Source: a virus
Lineage: Duplodnaviria > Heunggongvirae > Uroviricota > Caudoviricetes
Strand: one strand, 5' to 3'
IMG/VR virus record: IMGVR_UViG_2565956617_000006
Span: 1-12,894 of that record
DNA: 12,894 nt
Under the pieces are notes generated by a model. The model ran no database searches and was not told where the DNA came from. It worked only from the letters and a program-made list of their open reading frames with translations. Both the position numbers and the translations under genes were made by a program. Positions 1-7,893 of the stretch are shown piece after piece (position 1 is the first letter of the stretch; each line of letters starts with the position of its first letter).

Positions 1-477
1 ATGAAACTCATCAGTAACGATCTGCGCGATGGCGATAAATTGCCGCATCGTCATGTCTTTAACGGCATGGGTTACGATGGCGATAATATTTCACCGCATC
101 TGGCGTGGGATGATGTTCCTGCGGGAACGAAAAGTTTTGTTGTCACCTGCTACGACCCGGATGCGCCAACCGGCTCCGGCTGGTGGCACTGGGTAGTTGT
201 TAACTTACCCGCTGATACCCGCGTATTACCGCAAGGGTTTGGCTCTGGTCTGGTAGCAATGCCAGACGGCGTTTTGCAGACGCGTACCGACTTTGGTAAA
301 ACCGGGTACGATGGCGCAGCACCGCCGAAAGGCGAAACTCATCGCTACATTTTTACCGTTCACGCGCTGGATATAGAACGTATTGATGTCGATGAAGGTG
401 CCAGCGGCGCGATGGTCGGGTTTAACGTTCATTTCCACTCTCTGGCAAGCGCCTCGATTACTGCGATGTTTAGTTAA
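1..477 (+). CDS. ybhB: YbhB, PEBP/UPF0098-family (Raf-kinase-inhibitor-like) cytoplasmic protein; host chromosomal gene on the bio side of lambda attB
   Basis: 158-aa ORF starting exactly at window position 1 (MKLISNDLRDGDKLPHRHVFNG...), with the PEBP-type D-P-D-x-P...H signature (CYDPDAPTGSGWWHW); recognised from memory as E. coli YbhB. It lies directly beside a sequence matching the lambda attB B-prime arm, as expected for ybhB. Coordinates include the TAA stop. Confidence 0.85.
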   Translation: MKLISNDLRDGDKLPHRHVFNGMGYDGDNISPHLAWDDVPAGTKSFVVTCYDPDAPTGSGWWHWVVVNLPADTRVLPQGFGSGLVAMPDGVLQTRTDFGKTGYDGAAPPKGETHRYIFTVHALDIERIDVDEGASGAMVGFNVHFHSLASASITAMFS

Positions 478-485
478 TCACTCTG

Positions 486-508
486 CCAGATGGCGCAATG
501 CCATCTGG
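486..508 (+). terminator. Hairpin just downstream of ybhB (CCAGATGGC-GCAAT-GCCATCTGG); possible terminator or RNA-stability element
   Basis: Perfect 9-bp inverted repeat with a 5-nt loop, starting 9 nt after the ybhB stop. There is no U-tract immediately 3-prime, so an intrinsic-terminator role is uncertain. Confidence 0.3.
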
Positions 509-567
509 TATCACTTAAAGGTATTAAAAACAACTTTTTGTCTTTTTACCTTCCCGTTTCGCTCAAG

Positions 568-725
568 TTAGTATAAAAAAGTTGAATGCGAAACGGTAAA
601 AACCATTAATATCAACGTTTTATAATTGATTCAGTCTAAAAAATAGACTGCATAATGATACAAAACACAACATATCCAGTCACTATGAATCAACCACTTA
701 GATGGTCTTAGTGACCTGTAACAGA
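568..725. other. Prophage attachment site attR (P-O-B-prime) of lambda type: core at ~568-582, phage P arm with Int arm-type sites at 583-~725
   Basis: The reverse complement of 555-582 reads CTTTTTTATACTAACTTGAGCGAAACGG, i.e. the lambda core (GCTTTTTTATACTAA) joined to the attB B-prime arm (CTTGAGCGAAACGGGAAGG) as I recall them. The other side (583-725, reverse complement ...CTGTTACAGGTCACTAAGACCATCTAAGTGGTTGATTCATAGTGACTGG...) resembles the lambda attP P arm, including two inverted arm-type Int sites (GGTCACTAAG at ~707-719 and CCAGTCACTATG at 676-687). The comparison is from memory, not an alignment. Confidence 0.75.
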
Positions 726-728
726 GCA

Positions 729-770
729 TTAGCGCAAGGTGATTTTTTTGTCTTCTTGCGCTAATTTTTT
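729..770 (+). terminator. sib/tI-like hairpin terminator (lambda int retroregulation element) at the b-region side of att
   Basis: Perfect 10-bp inverted repeat TTAGCGCAAG (729-738) / CTTGCGCTAA (755-764) with a 16-nt loop, followed immediately by TTTTTT (765-770). Position (~150-200 bp from the core on the P-arm side) and orientation (transcription arriving across att from the int side) match lambda sib/tI, and the sequence resembles the lambda tI hairpin as I recall it. Confidence 0.55.
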
Positions 771-1084
771 GTCAACACACTGGGTTAGCTGAATTTACAA
801 CCACGCTCAGTATCTCGATAAGCGCAGAGAAATGATGCAGTGGTGGGCGGACTGGATTGATGAAAAGGTGGAGTGATCCGCCTTAACCATTATCGAAGAG
901 CACAAAGCCTTGCAATCCAGTGCAATGCTTTGTGTATACCTATTTTCCCAAATTTGTTTCAGTAATATGTCGATCTCCAATTATTAGAATGGTACACTAA
1001 ACAACGTGCGCAATTACAATAATGTAGCGTATAAAAAAACAAAAGCTAATTATATTTTTTAAATAAACATAGTGAACTAAATAT

Positions 1085-2071
1085 ATGAGAAATTATAGCA
1101 TAGATACTATGAGGTTTGTAGCGTGCTTTTTTATAATAGCTGTTCATATAGGTGGGTACCCGCAACAAGGAGAATTATTTACAGAGGTATTTAGAGGTGT
1201 ATCGCGATGGGCTGTGCCATTCTTCTTCCTGGTTACAGGATATTTTTTATCATGCCAAAACAAAAGAAAACTACTATTAAGACTTACTAGGATAACATAT
1301 ATAACACTAATATTTAGCGTACTGTTCTTTATTTTTCAACTAACTTTGAACTATAAAGATGGATATTCATTAATTATAAGCATCATAGATCCATTTATTT
1401 TTATCGGTGGGTCTTATTTCCATTTGTGGTTCTTGCCTTCAATCTTAATAGGTATGATTTCAGTAAGTTACATGATAGAAAATGTTTCAGAAAATTTTGG
1501 AATCTCTTTAAGTATACTTATTATATTTATAATGTGGTGCGTTGATTTCTTTGGTACTGCCTACTTCTCACATGATATATATGAATCAACAAGAACTATT
1601 CTATCAATACCAACAATATATATAGGGTATTACTTATACACTAAGAAAGACATAATTATAAAATCTAACGGGAATTTATTGATTTTATGTATGCTAGCTT
1701 CCGTGGTTTTTTCCGTGATTGAGATTCTAATATACAAATCAATATATGGTTCACTTGCCAATATAAGAGAACTACCTTTATTTTCTGTTATTACTGCTAT
1801 AATAATACTAATGTTATCTATAAGATCACAAAGCACAAAAGAGACTGTTCTATCAAGGATAGGAAGAGATGATTCTATCGTCATATATCTTATTCACCCA
1901 CTATTTATAGTTTTAATATCAAAGGTGTTTAGGGTTGCTCATGAATATAACGGGATGGCTATTCTTGTGATTACATTTATTGTAAGCATTTCGTTTTCAT
2001 TGTTTGTCAAGAGTAAATTTCCTTCAATATATTCATTTCTTACTGGCGGTTTTATAAAAGAAACAAAATAA
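1085..2071 (+). CDS. Acyltransferase-3 family integral membrane protein; putative O-antigen O-acetyltransferase (Oac-like lysogenic-conversion moron)
   Basis: 328-aa ORF, very hydrophobic with roughly 10 predicted membrane spans and the N-terminal acyltransferase-3 R-x10-H motif (RFVACFFIIAVH). Coding sequence is strikingly AT-rich compared with the adjacent structural genes. It sits between attR and the tailspike, as oac does in Shigella phage Sf6. ATG at 1085 has only a weak SD; an internal ATG at 1109 is an alternative start. Confidence 0.8.
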   Translation: MRNYSIDTMRFVACFFIIAVHIGGYPQQGELFTEVFRGVSRWAVPFFFLVTGYFLSCQNKRKLLLRLTRITYITLIFSVLFFIFQLTLNYKDGYSLIISIIDPFIFIGGSYFHLWFLPSILIGMISVSYMIENVSENFGISLSILIIFIMWCVDFFGTAYFSHDIYESTRTILSIPTIYIGYYLYTKKDIIIKSNGNLLILCMLASVVFSVIEILIYKSIYGSLANIRELPLFSVITAIIILMLSIRSQSTKETVLSRIGRDDSIVIYLIHPLFIVLISKVFRVAHEYNGMAILVITFIVSISFSLFVKSKFPSIYSFLTGGFIKETK

Positions 2072-2081
2072 ACCATAAAAC

Positions 2082-2106
2082 ACACCACCATAATATATGG
2101 TGGTGT
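2082..2106. terminator. Bidirectional hairpin between the convergent acyltransferase and tailspike genes
   Basis: Perfect 10-bp inverted repeat ACACCACCAT / ATGGTGGTGT with a 5-nt loop, lying between the acyltransferase stop (2069-2071) and the tailspike stop (2129-2131). A/T-rich runs flank it on both sides (TAAAA upstream, AAATTATTT downstream). Confidence 0.45.
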
Positions 2107-2128
2107 ATCAAATTATTTCTGAGCTGAT

Positions 2129-4027
2129 TTACATGTCATTTTCTGAATTATAAATAAGTACAACCTGACCTGAATACGTTGCTTGTGATGACCACCCTGT
2201 ATCCATATTGTATGGCCTGATCCTTACTTGGCTTGAACTAATTAATCTAGCTTTTATAAGCCATGTATCATCGTTTGTGTTTGCTGCTACCTCCTGAATT
2301 GATACTGTATTTGCTGGCTGGAATTGATCTGGTATTGCTCTTGTTACAACCCTTGACGATCCAGATACTGTTAGTGTGAAAAACTCCCTACCCGATGTTG
2401 ATATAGATTGGCAACCTTCAGAAAAGTTGTTTCTTATATCTGGTCTGGATGATCTTCCTTCTGCTATGGTCTTCATGCGAATAACGCTAAGTGGCATTAC
2501 AGTTCCCGTTGTATTACGGAATCTGCAACCTGTTATCTTAACCTGAAACGGATTTGATATAAGATTTATTGCAACTCCATGTTCAGGTACTAACCAGTTG
2601 CATGAGCTAACAGTAAATCTCGCACCGTCTGAGTTTGATTCAATTAAGCATCCATCGAAATAGCATCCAACAAAAATATCTGCGTTAGACATTATAACCA
2701 CACGCCCTTTTGCGCTATCAGCAGACTGATTTGGATAAAAATGACTATTACTAAAAGAATTTGCTCCTTTACGTAAATACATAACATCTGCATACTGTGA
2801 ACCAATAACTAAGTCTGAGAAGTTATTATCATAGTTGTTGATATCCAAGCCAACGCCATCTGTAACGTTAGTTGGGTAAGAAGCATTCCAATCTGGTTGT
2901 TGAAATATAAACGTTTTTCCCACATTTAATTCATGTGGCTGTGAGTCATTAGGTTCAGTCTTTAATCCATAACGCAAGTATCTTGTCAGTAGACCTCCCA
3001 ATATAGTCACTTTCAAAAAGTCATCATAAACCCTAATTGCGCCGGAAGCTTTCCAGTTAGCATCGATATTAGGATTAAATACCACGATGTTTTCAATTGG
3101 TCTAGAGCCGTTAACTTTACGAAAATCTAGAACAGGTTCTGTAGAAGGAAATGCTCCAATTGCTAAAAGAGATGGATTCAACATAGAAAAATTCAAACAA
3201 TCTGTTATTGTAAATGGACGTGATACATAGTAAGTGCCCTGAGTCATATCAAAAACAGTGCCACCCAAATTGTACATGTTTGGATCTTCTCTATCAGTTG
3301 AGTAAGTTGTTTTGCGATTTCTCTTGATTATACTATCTCTCCACAAATCCAGTGCATCAGAGCTGTCGAATGTTGAATCGCATGGTTTTGCTCCGTAATT
3401 TCTTGGGTCATCTACTGAATACCCAGAAAGAAATCCAACACACACCCATGTTGAGTCTGGAGTGGAGCCTGGCGTAACTATATAACCATCAATTGGTATA
3501 TTTCCTATATATGAATAATACATTCCATCTGAATATTTGAATGATTCGTATTTATTTAATATCACTCCGCCAACTGACATATCTCCAGATTTTTTGTATA
3601 CATATGGCATGTAATCGCTATAAACATTACCACCATATGTGCTCCCGACAATCTTATCTCCATTGTTTGATGAAATATCAACTCGCAACTGATCAGGATC
3701 ATACTTCAGTAAATTAGGAAAATAGAACTGCTGCACACCATATGCATCATAAACAGCCATAGAGTGGCCTTGCACAGTTACGAACTTGGCAATCTGTCCG
3801 TTATATACAGGGTAACCAGCAGCGTTAATGATGATTGGTTGCGAAACAGGAACGTGAGAGCCGTCTTCGTTCTCCACATAAACCTGAATCTGGTTTTCAG
3901 GGTTTTCCGGGTCAGTGTCAATTTTACCGATATAAATTTTGCCATTGGCTACGGCTTTAAAAGAACGAGCCATAGTGAAGAGTTGCGAAGGCATGCTTAC
4001 CACAACATTTGCGGTGATATCTGACAT
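2129..4027 (-). CDS. Tailspike protein: P22-type N-terminal head-binding domain plus divergent C-terminal receptor-binding/depolymerase region
   Basis: Translation from the ATG at 4027 gives [59 protein letters not shown]...[15 protein letters not shown]...LKYDPDQ, closely matching the P22 gp9 head-binding domain ([13 protein letters not shown]...) as recalled. SD GGAG lies 7 nt upstream of this ATG. The ORF-track start at 4075 adds 16 residues with no homology and is rejected. The remaining ~520 aa are AT-rich, rich in G/S/T/N/Y/D, and do not match the P22 gp9 body. Confidence 0.88.
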   Translation of the reverse strand: MSDITANVVVSMPSQLFTMARSFKAVANGKIYIGKIDTDPENPENQIQVYVENEDGSHVPVSQPIIINAAGYPVYNGQIAKFVTVQGHSMAVYDAYGVQQFYFPNLLKYDPDQLRVDISSNNGDKIVGSTYGGNVYSDYMPYVYKKSGDMSVGGVILNKYESFKYSDGMYYSYIGNIPIDGYIVTPGSTPDSTWVCVGFLSGYSVDDPRNYGAKPCDSTFDSSDALDLWRDSIIKRNRKTTYSTDREDPNMYNLGGTVFDMTQGTYYVSRPFTITDCLNFSMLNPSLLAIGAFPSTEPVLDFRKVNGSRPIENIVVFNPNIDANWKASGAIRVYDDFLKVTILGGLLTRYLRYGLKTEPNDSQPHELNVGKTFIFQQPDWNASYPTNVTDGVGLDINNYDNNFSDLVIGSQYADVMYLRKGANSFSNSHFYPNQSADSAKGRVVIMSNADIFVGCYFDGCLIESNSDGARFTVSSCNWLVPEHGVAINLISNPFQVKITGCRFRNTTGTVMPLSVIRMKTIAEGRSSRPDIRNNFSEGCQSISTSGREFFTLTVSGSSRVVTRAIPDQFQPANTVSIQEVAANTNDDTWLIKARLISSSQVRIRPYNMDTGWSSQATYSGQVVLIYNSENDM

Positions 4028-4052
4028 TTCATTGCTCCAGACGAATGATATG

Positions 4053-4075
4053 ATGCAATCATGATGTGATTGCAT
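4053..4075. promoter_or_regulatory. Candidate operator: inverted repeat ATGCAATCA-N5-TGATTGCAT in the divergent mnt/tailspike intergenic region
   Basis: Perfect 9-bp arms separated by 5 bp, 26 bp upstream of the tailspike ATG and ~75 bp upstream of the Mnt-like start. Size and symmetry fit a site for a tetrameric RHH repressor. No convincing sigma-70 -35/-10 pair could be assigned by eye. Confidence 0.4.
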
Positions 4076-4148
4076 ACCGAAATGGTACTATTGAGTATTT
4101 ATCCAGTAGGTTACGATGCCATTCCACCCAACTGGTGAGGCATCAAGG

Positions 4149-4409
4149 ATGTACAGCAAATACGACGAGGCGCAGTTTCACTTGAGACTTCCGCATGAAC
4201 TCCACGCGAAAATTAAACAGCGCGCGAAGATGAATAACAGGTCGCTGAACTCAGAGATAATTGCAGCGATTGAAGAATCATTGGCTAAACAAAGCTCTGC
4301 ATCAGTTTACATTGACGATGCAGAGCGTATGGCAGAACAACAATCTGATATGGTTAAGAAAATTGTCTTTGATACGCTCAAGGAGCTATATAAAAAAGAC
4401 AGCAACTAA
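4149..4409 (+). CDS. mnt: Mnt-like ribbon-helix-helix (Arc/MetJ superfamily) repressor
   Basis: Clear similarity to P22 Mnt as recalled: QFHLRLPHELHAKIKQRAKMNNRSLNSEIIAAIEESL versus HFNFRMPMEVREKLKFRAEANGRSMNSELLQIVQDAL, and DDAERMAEQQSDMVKKIVFDTLKELYKK versus NDAERLADEQSELVKKMVFDTLKDLYKK. Start chosen at ATG 4149 (86 aa, GAGG SD 8 nt upstream); the ORF track's ATG at 4116 (97 aa) is an alternative. Orientation is opposite to the late genes, as for P22 mnt. Confidence 0.8.
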   Translation: MYSKYDEAQFHLRLPHELHAKIKQRAKMNNRSLNSEIIAAIEESLAKQSSASVYIDDAERMAEQQSDMVKKIVFDTLKELYKKDSN

Positions 4410-4429
4410 CCATCCATTACGGAGGATTT

Positions 4430-4507
4430 ATGCAAAGAGATATGATGAATATTACATTCTACATATTTGGTTTTTGCACTTTCCTGGTGTTTGCAAAGCT
4501 ATTCTGA
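4430..4507 (+). CDS. Hypothetical 25-aa hydrophobic micro-protein (MQRDMMNITFYIFGFCTFLVFAKLF)
   Basis: ORF found by eye, below the ORF-track size cutoff. GGAGG (4421-4425) lies 4 nt upstream of the ATG. It starts 20 nt after the mnt stop and overlaps the 3-prime end of the convergent gp16-like gene by 9 nt. The residue run ITFYIFGFCTFLVF could form a single membrane span. It may be spurious. Confidence 0.25.
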   Translation: MQRDMMNITFYIFGFCTFLVFAKLF

Positions 4508-6496
4508 CAACGCATCAGACTTAGCCCCCTGCGTCATAGCGTTAATTGCCTTTTGTGCCTGCTGCATGGCTTTCTCAAACGCTGTTGATCCGCGTGGGGT
4601 GTTTGCCATTCGGAGCATTGCATTTCTGAATGGCTCGCTCTCATAGGCGCGAGTGAGAAGTCCGTAGCTTACTGCTGCGCCAGTTGTCGCCGGGTTCATT
4701 GCCGTCCCATACCCAATAATGAACGGGATAGTTTGCTGCCCTGTGGGTGTTGTTACTGCCGCTTTTGCAGCCTGCTGCGTGGATTGCAGGTAGTTTTTCA
4801 ATCCTTTCAGATAAGCGGCTTCCTGACCTTTAAATGTGATGCCAGTCTGGTTTTGCAGGATGTTAAGCTGCCGAAGGAACTGGTCAGGGGAACCACCTGA
4901 TTTCTCCATCGCCTTTCCAATGATGCCATTGCGCATTTGCGCCCTGCCAACACGACCAACTGAGTTATACAGAGTCTTAATTTCCGATTTGTTCTTGCTG
5001 AATAGCATGTTGTTGACAACTTCCGGCGTAAGATCGCCTTTCATGAGAACATTCTTCAGCCTGGTATTCTTTAGTTTCGCCGCTTCGTCAGCGTAAACGG
5101 CATTGGCCTGCTGATATTTACGGAGAGTATCGCTGCCAAGATTCTGACCAATGGCACCATTGATATCGTCGGTCATTGCCTTGTAAACTCGCTGAATGGC
5201 AGCATCGGAACGGTTTGGTAATACCGGTCGCTCACCCTTCACGTCCATTCTGAACTGGCTGCGCAGGTCGCTTAATTGCTTCAAATCCAGATTTACCGGA
5301 CCATCAGGGCCAGCATTGCGAACAAGCTCATCACGATATGACTGAAGTTTTGAAATTGTCTCGTTATCAGCTACCTTACCAAGCTTCTGCAGATTAGATA
5401 TCTCAGTATCAATCTGCTGAATTGCTCGCGCAGGCTGAATGTTTACTCCAGCCATAGCATTCTGAACCTGCTCCAGTCGATTACCGGCGGCACGACGAAT
5501 TCCTGATGTTTTCGTTTTAAGGCTGCCAATAACAACCGCTGGATCATACTCGCCGAATTTATCAGCAAATCTCTGCACCAACTGACTTCTCGCTTCCTGT
5601 TGCGTTGCTCTCATTCCGCTTGTGCCAGCCAGGGGAATATTTTCTGCTGTAGTCTGCGCCATTTTCCCGACGCGGGAAGTAGGCTGTAACAGGTCTGTGG
5701 TGTGCAGAGGCACTCCTTCACGCTCTGCAAATCTGATAGCTTGCTGCGCTTCTGGTGCAATAGCACCACGAACGCCACGATAAGCAGCGCCTAATCCACG
5801 TCCGGCAGCGTTAATAGCGCCGCCAGCCAGAACGCCAACGCCTAAATCGGTGGCGAGTGCTTCCGCATCATCTTTCGCACTATTTGCAGCAAGTGATCCA
5901 ACTGCGTTTTCAGCGAGAAGGCGAGTTGCCCCCTGAGCAATTCGACCAGCAAGTGTTGGTGCCTGTGCTGCCGCTCTCTCAACGCCAGCAGGAGTGAGGT
6001 AAGGCAATGCTTCAGCAAATACCCTTCCCTCTGTCGTTTGTGGAGTCAGCGCGCCTTGCTGAAAGCCAAAGTCCTGCTCTAATCCCTGCGTTGTTACTCG
6101 TGGCGCTGGTTGATATGTACCATCGCCAATACCGAGTTTACCGCCAGCCCAAGCCGCCGCGCTTGTTACAGCATCGGCAACTGATGCAGGTATGTTTGCC
6201 ACGTTCACGCCAGCCTGCACCAGTCCGCGACCTGTCTCTTTTACTGCTTCACCAAGATCAGACATAAATCCACTTTGCTGTGGTTGTTGCTGTGCTACTG
6301 GTTGTTGTGTCTCCACTGGCTGCACAGATGGCAATGGATAGGCAGCATAGAAAGCTTGCTTAGCCTGCTCTGCATTTTCTCCGGCTTGCGGGGCCACGAC
6401 TTCATTGAAGTATTGCTCCTGAGCCTGCGCTTTTTGTTCTGGTGCTAACGCCTGATACTGTGGAGAGGCGATAACATCTTTCCATGCTTTAGCCAT
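4499..6496 (-). CDS. Ejection (internal virion, E) protein, P22 gp16-like
   Basis: 665-aa Ala/Gln/Gly-rich ORF, last gene of the ejection-protein trio before the tailspike/immI region, as in P22 gene order 7-20-16. Its ATG overlaps the upstream gene's stop (TAATG). Assignment is by synteny and composition. Confidence 0.65.
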   Translation of the reverse strand: MAKAWKDVIASPQYQALAPEQKAQAQEQYFNEVVAPQAGENAEQAKQAFYAAYPLPSVQPVETQQPVAQQQPQQSGFMSDLGEAVKETGRGLVQAGVNVANIPASVADAVTSAAAWAGGKLGIGDGTYQPAPRVTTQGLEQDFGFQQGALTPQTTEGRVFAEALPYLTPAGVERAAAQAPTLAGRIAQGATRLLAENAVGSLAANSAKDDAEALATDLGVGVLAGGAINAAGRGLGAAYRGVRGAIAPEAQQAIRFAEREGVPLHTTDLLQPTSRVGKMAQTTAENIPLAGTSGMRATQQEARSQLVQRFADKFGEYDPAVVIGSLKTKTSGIRRAAGNRLEQVQNAMAGVNIQPARAIQQIDTEISNLQKLGKVADNETISKLQSYRDELVRNAGPDGPVNLDLKQLSDLRSQFRMDVKGERPVLPNRSDAAIQRVYKAMTDDINGAIGQNLGSDTLRKYQQANAVYADEAAKLKNTRLKNVLMKGDLTPEVVNNMLFSKNKSEIKTLYNSVGRVGRAQMRNGIIGKAMEKSGGSPDQFLRQLNILQNQTGITFKGQEAAYLKGLKNYLQSTQQAAKAAVTTPTGQQTIPFIIGYGTAMNPATTGAAVSYGLLTRAYESEPFRNAMLRMANTPRGSTAFEKAMQQAQKAINAMTQGAKSDALSE

Positions 6497-7884
6497 TAAT
6501 CACCCCATAGTGAAGAAAAGTTACTGCTGGCTGCTGGCTGTGATACCTGTGCAGGTTGAGATTGCTTCCGCTGAGATTTACCAACATTAACGTTATATTG
6601 TTGGTTGTAATTGTTGGTGTATTCCTGAATTTCACGAATCGACTGCTGCATAGCCTCCGGGCTTGAATAGTCAACCTGCGGCATCCCCTGAAAATACATC
6701 TTCGCTTCTGCAACGGTGTTAATACCACTGGCACCCATGTCCCTTGCTGCCGCCACGCCCTGATTCTGCATTCTTCCCTGAATACGTTGTGCTGAGTTAT
6801 ATAACTGGCGCTGCTCTTTTCCTGTTAATCGGCTGCGAACATCAGCACCAATTGCCGGGTTACCTGCACCGCCGGTCATTCCTGTCATGAAATCGAGAGC
6901 AGAAGCGTCTGCATTTGCGATCGCGTCGATATCCTTCTTCATGGCATAGTTTTGTGCTGATGCAGACGATGTTGCAGGCGCTGCGATTGAACTGGCAGGA
7001 ACGCGAACCATATTCCCCTCGTTGTCGATGCCTTCGTAGAACGCATTAGCCCCAGCGCCGTGAAGCTTCCCGCCTACCGTTACAGTTCTGCCATCTGATA
7101 ACTGAACTGTACGCTCGTCATTCCCAGCGGTTCCTCTTGTTGACGCTCGCTGCATTGCCAAATCCTGCCCGCGTCGCGCAGTAGAAGCAGATAAATCCTG
7201 ACCGCGCATCGTGATGTTTTGACCTCGTGCTGTTAGCGCCTCTCCGGCCTGATTGCTGCGGATTGTCTCTGCCAGTCTGCCTCTGTCAATCTCACGACCA
7301 GCCATCTTGTCCTGAACATTGAAGTAATCAATCGGACCAAGAGCAGCCATTCCGAGGTGATCAACAAACTCGCCAAATCCTGAAGGATTCTGCTGATACA
7401 TCTGAGCAACGTTGTTAGGGTCAACGCCGACGCGCGCCAGTTCCTTGGCGTTGTTTTGCAGCCATGATTGCATTGCTTCTGGAGACGATGACGCAAGGCG
7501 TGCGCCAGCCGCTAAGGTGCCGATAGAATTACGCTGGTCTTCATCAATGAATCCCATGCCTTTACGAACGGATTCAATCTGGTCTGGATATTGAGTAGCC
7601 AACTGACGCAAAGCACCGCGATCACCAGACGCATAAGCATTAGCGTACGCCTGCTGAAATTCTTTCTGCCGCTGAGCCTGCTTTTCCTGCTGAAGCACCC
7701 CTGCAATACCTGAAAGGCCTTGCAAAGCAGTCAGCCCAACATTGTTAGCGCCTGAACGCTCAATATCATTGTTCTGCCTGATAAGCTGAAGCGTATTGCC
7801 GATGTCATTTACGCTCGGAGCGTTTGAGTTGACGCCGCCGATACCAGCCAACAATCCGCCGTTTGTTCCTTGCCAAGTAGCCAT
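6496..7884 (-). CDS. Ejection (internal virion, E) protein, P22 gp20-like
   Basis: 462-aa ORF between the gp7-like and gp16-like genes (P22 gp20 is of similar size), coupled to the downstream gene by a TAATG overlap. Assignment is by synteny. Confidence 0.65.
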   Translation of the reverse strand: MATWQGTNGGLLAGIGGVNSNAPSVNDIGNTLQLIRQNNDIERSGANNVGLTALQGLSGIAGVLQQEKQAQRQKEFQQAYANAYASGDRGALRQLATQYPDQIESVRKGMGFIDEDQRNSIGTLAAGARLASSSPEAMQSWLQNNAKELARVGVDPNNVAQMYQQNPSGFGEFVDHLGMAALGPIDYFNVQDKMAGREIDRGRLAETIRSNQAGEALTARGQNITMRGQDLSASTARRGQDLAMQRASTRGTAGNDERTVQLSDGRTVTVGGKLHGAGANAFYEGIDNEGNMVRVPASSIAAPATSSASAQNYAMKKDIDAIANADASALDFMTGMTGGAGNPAIGADVRSRLTGKEQRQLYNSAQRIQGRMQNQGVAAARDMGASGINTVAEAKMYFQGMPQVDYSSPEAMQQSIREIQEYTNNYNQQYNVNVGKSQRKQSQPAQVSQPAASSNFSSLWGD

Positions 7885-7893
7885 GATTACCCC

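Noticed and set aside
226-438. 70-aa minus-strand ORF inside ybhB
   Set aside because: Antisense to a well-supported gene, with no independent signal.
383-571. 62-aa plus-strand ORF overlapping the ybhB 3-prime end and running through the attB flank to the att core
   Set aside because: It is out of frame with ybhB, spans the host terminator hairpin and att core, and has no SD. Almost certainly a chance ORF.
632-650. Small hairpin CAGTCTA-AAAAA-TAGACTG
   Set aside because: It lies inside the attP-like P arm, where short symmetric elements are expected from Int/IHF/Xis site architecture. I did not treat it as a separate feature.
841-878. Inverted repeat GGCGGA...TCCGCC with a 24-nt loop
   Set aside because: Short stem and long loop, overlapping the 14-codon mini-ORF. 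Too weak to call a structured element.
478-1084. Possible tRNA gene at the prophage boundary
   Set aside because: No tRNA-like T-arm (GGTTCGAATCC-type) or acceptor stem was found by eye. The junction matches the non-tRNA lambda attB site instead.
1630-1884. 84-aa minus-strand ORF inside the acyltransferase gene
   Set aside because: Antisense within a coherent membrane-protein ORF.
3764-4024. 86-aa plus-strand ORF inside the tailspike head-binding region
   Set aside because: Antisense to the most conserved part of the tailspike.
4028-4075. 16-codon N-terminal extension of the tailspike ORF ([16 protein letters not shown]) from the track's ATG at 4075
   Set aside because: The P22-type head-binding sequence starts at the internal MSDITANVV (ATG 4027) with its own GGAG SD. 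The extension has no homology and would cover the operator-like palindrome.
4116-4148. Longer Mnt start at ATG 4116 (97 aa)
   Set aside because: Homology to Mnt begins near the second ATG (4149), which has a GAGG SD at good spacing. The extra 11 residues have no counterpart in Mnt. Kept as an alternative only.
4261-4524. 87-aa plus-strand ORF overlapping the mnt 3-prime end, the micro-ORF and the gp16-like 3-prime end
   Set aside because: Out of frame with mnt, whose frame carries the recognisable Mnt C-terminus. No SD; overlaps three other features.
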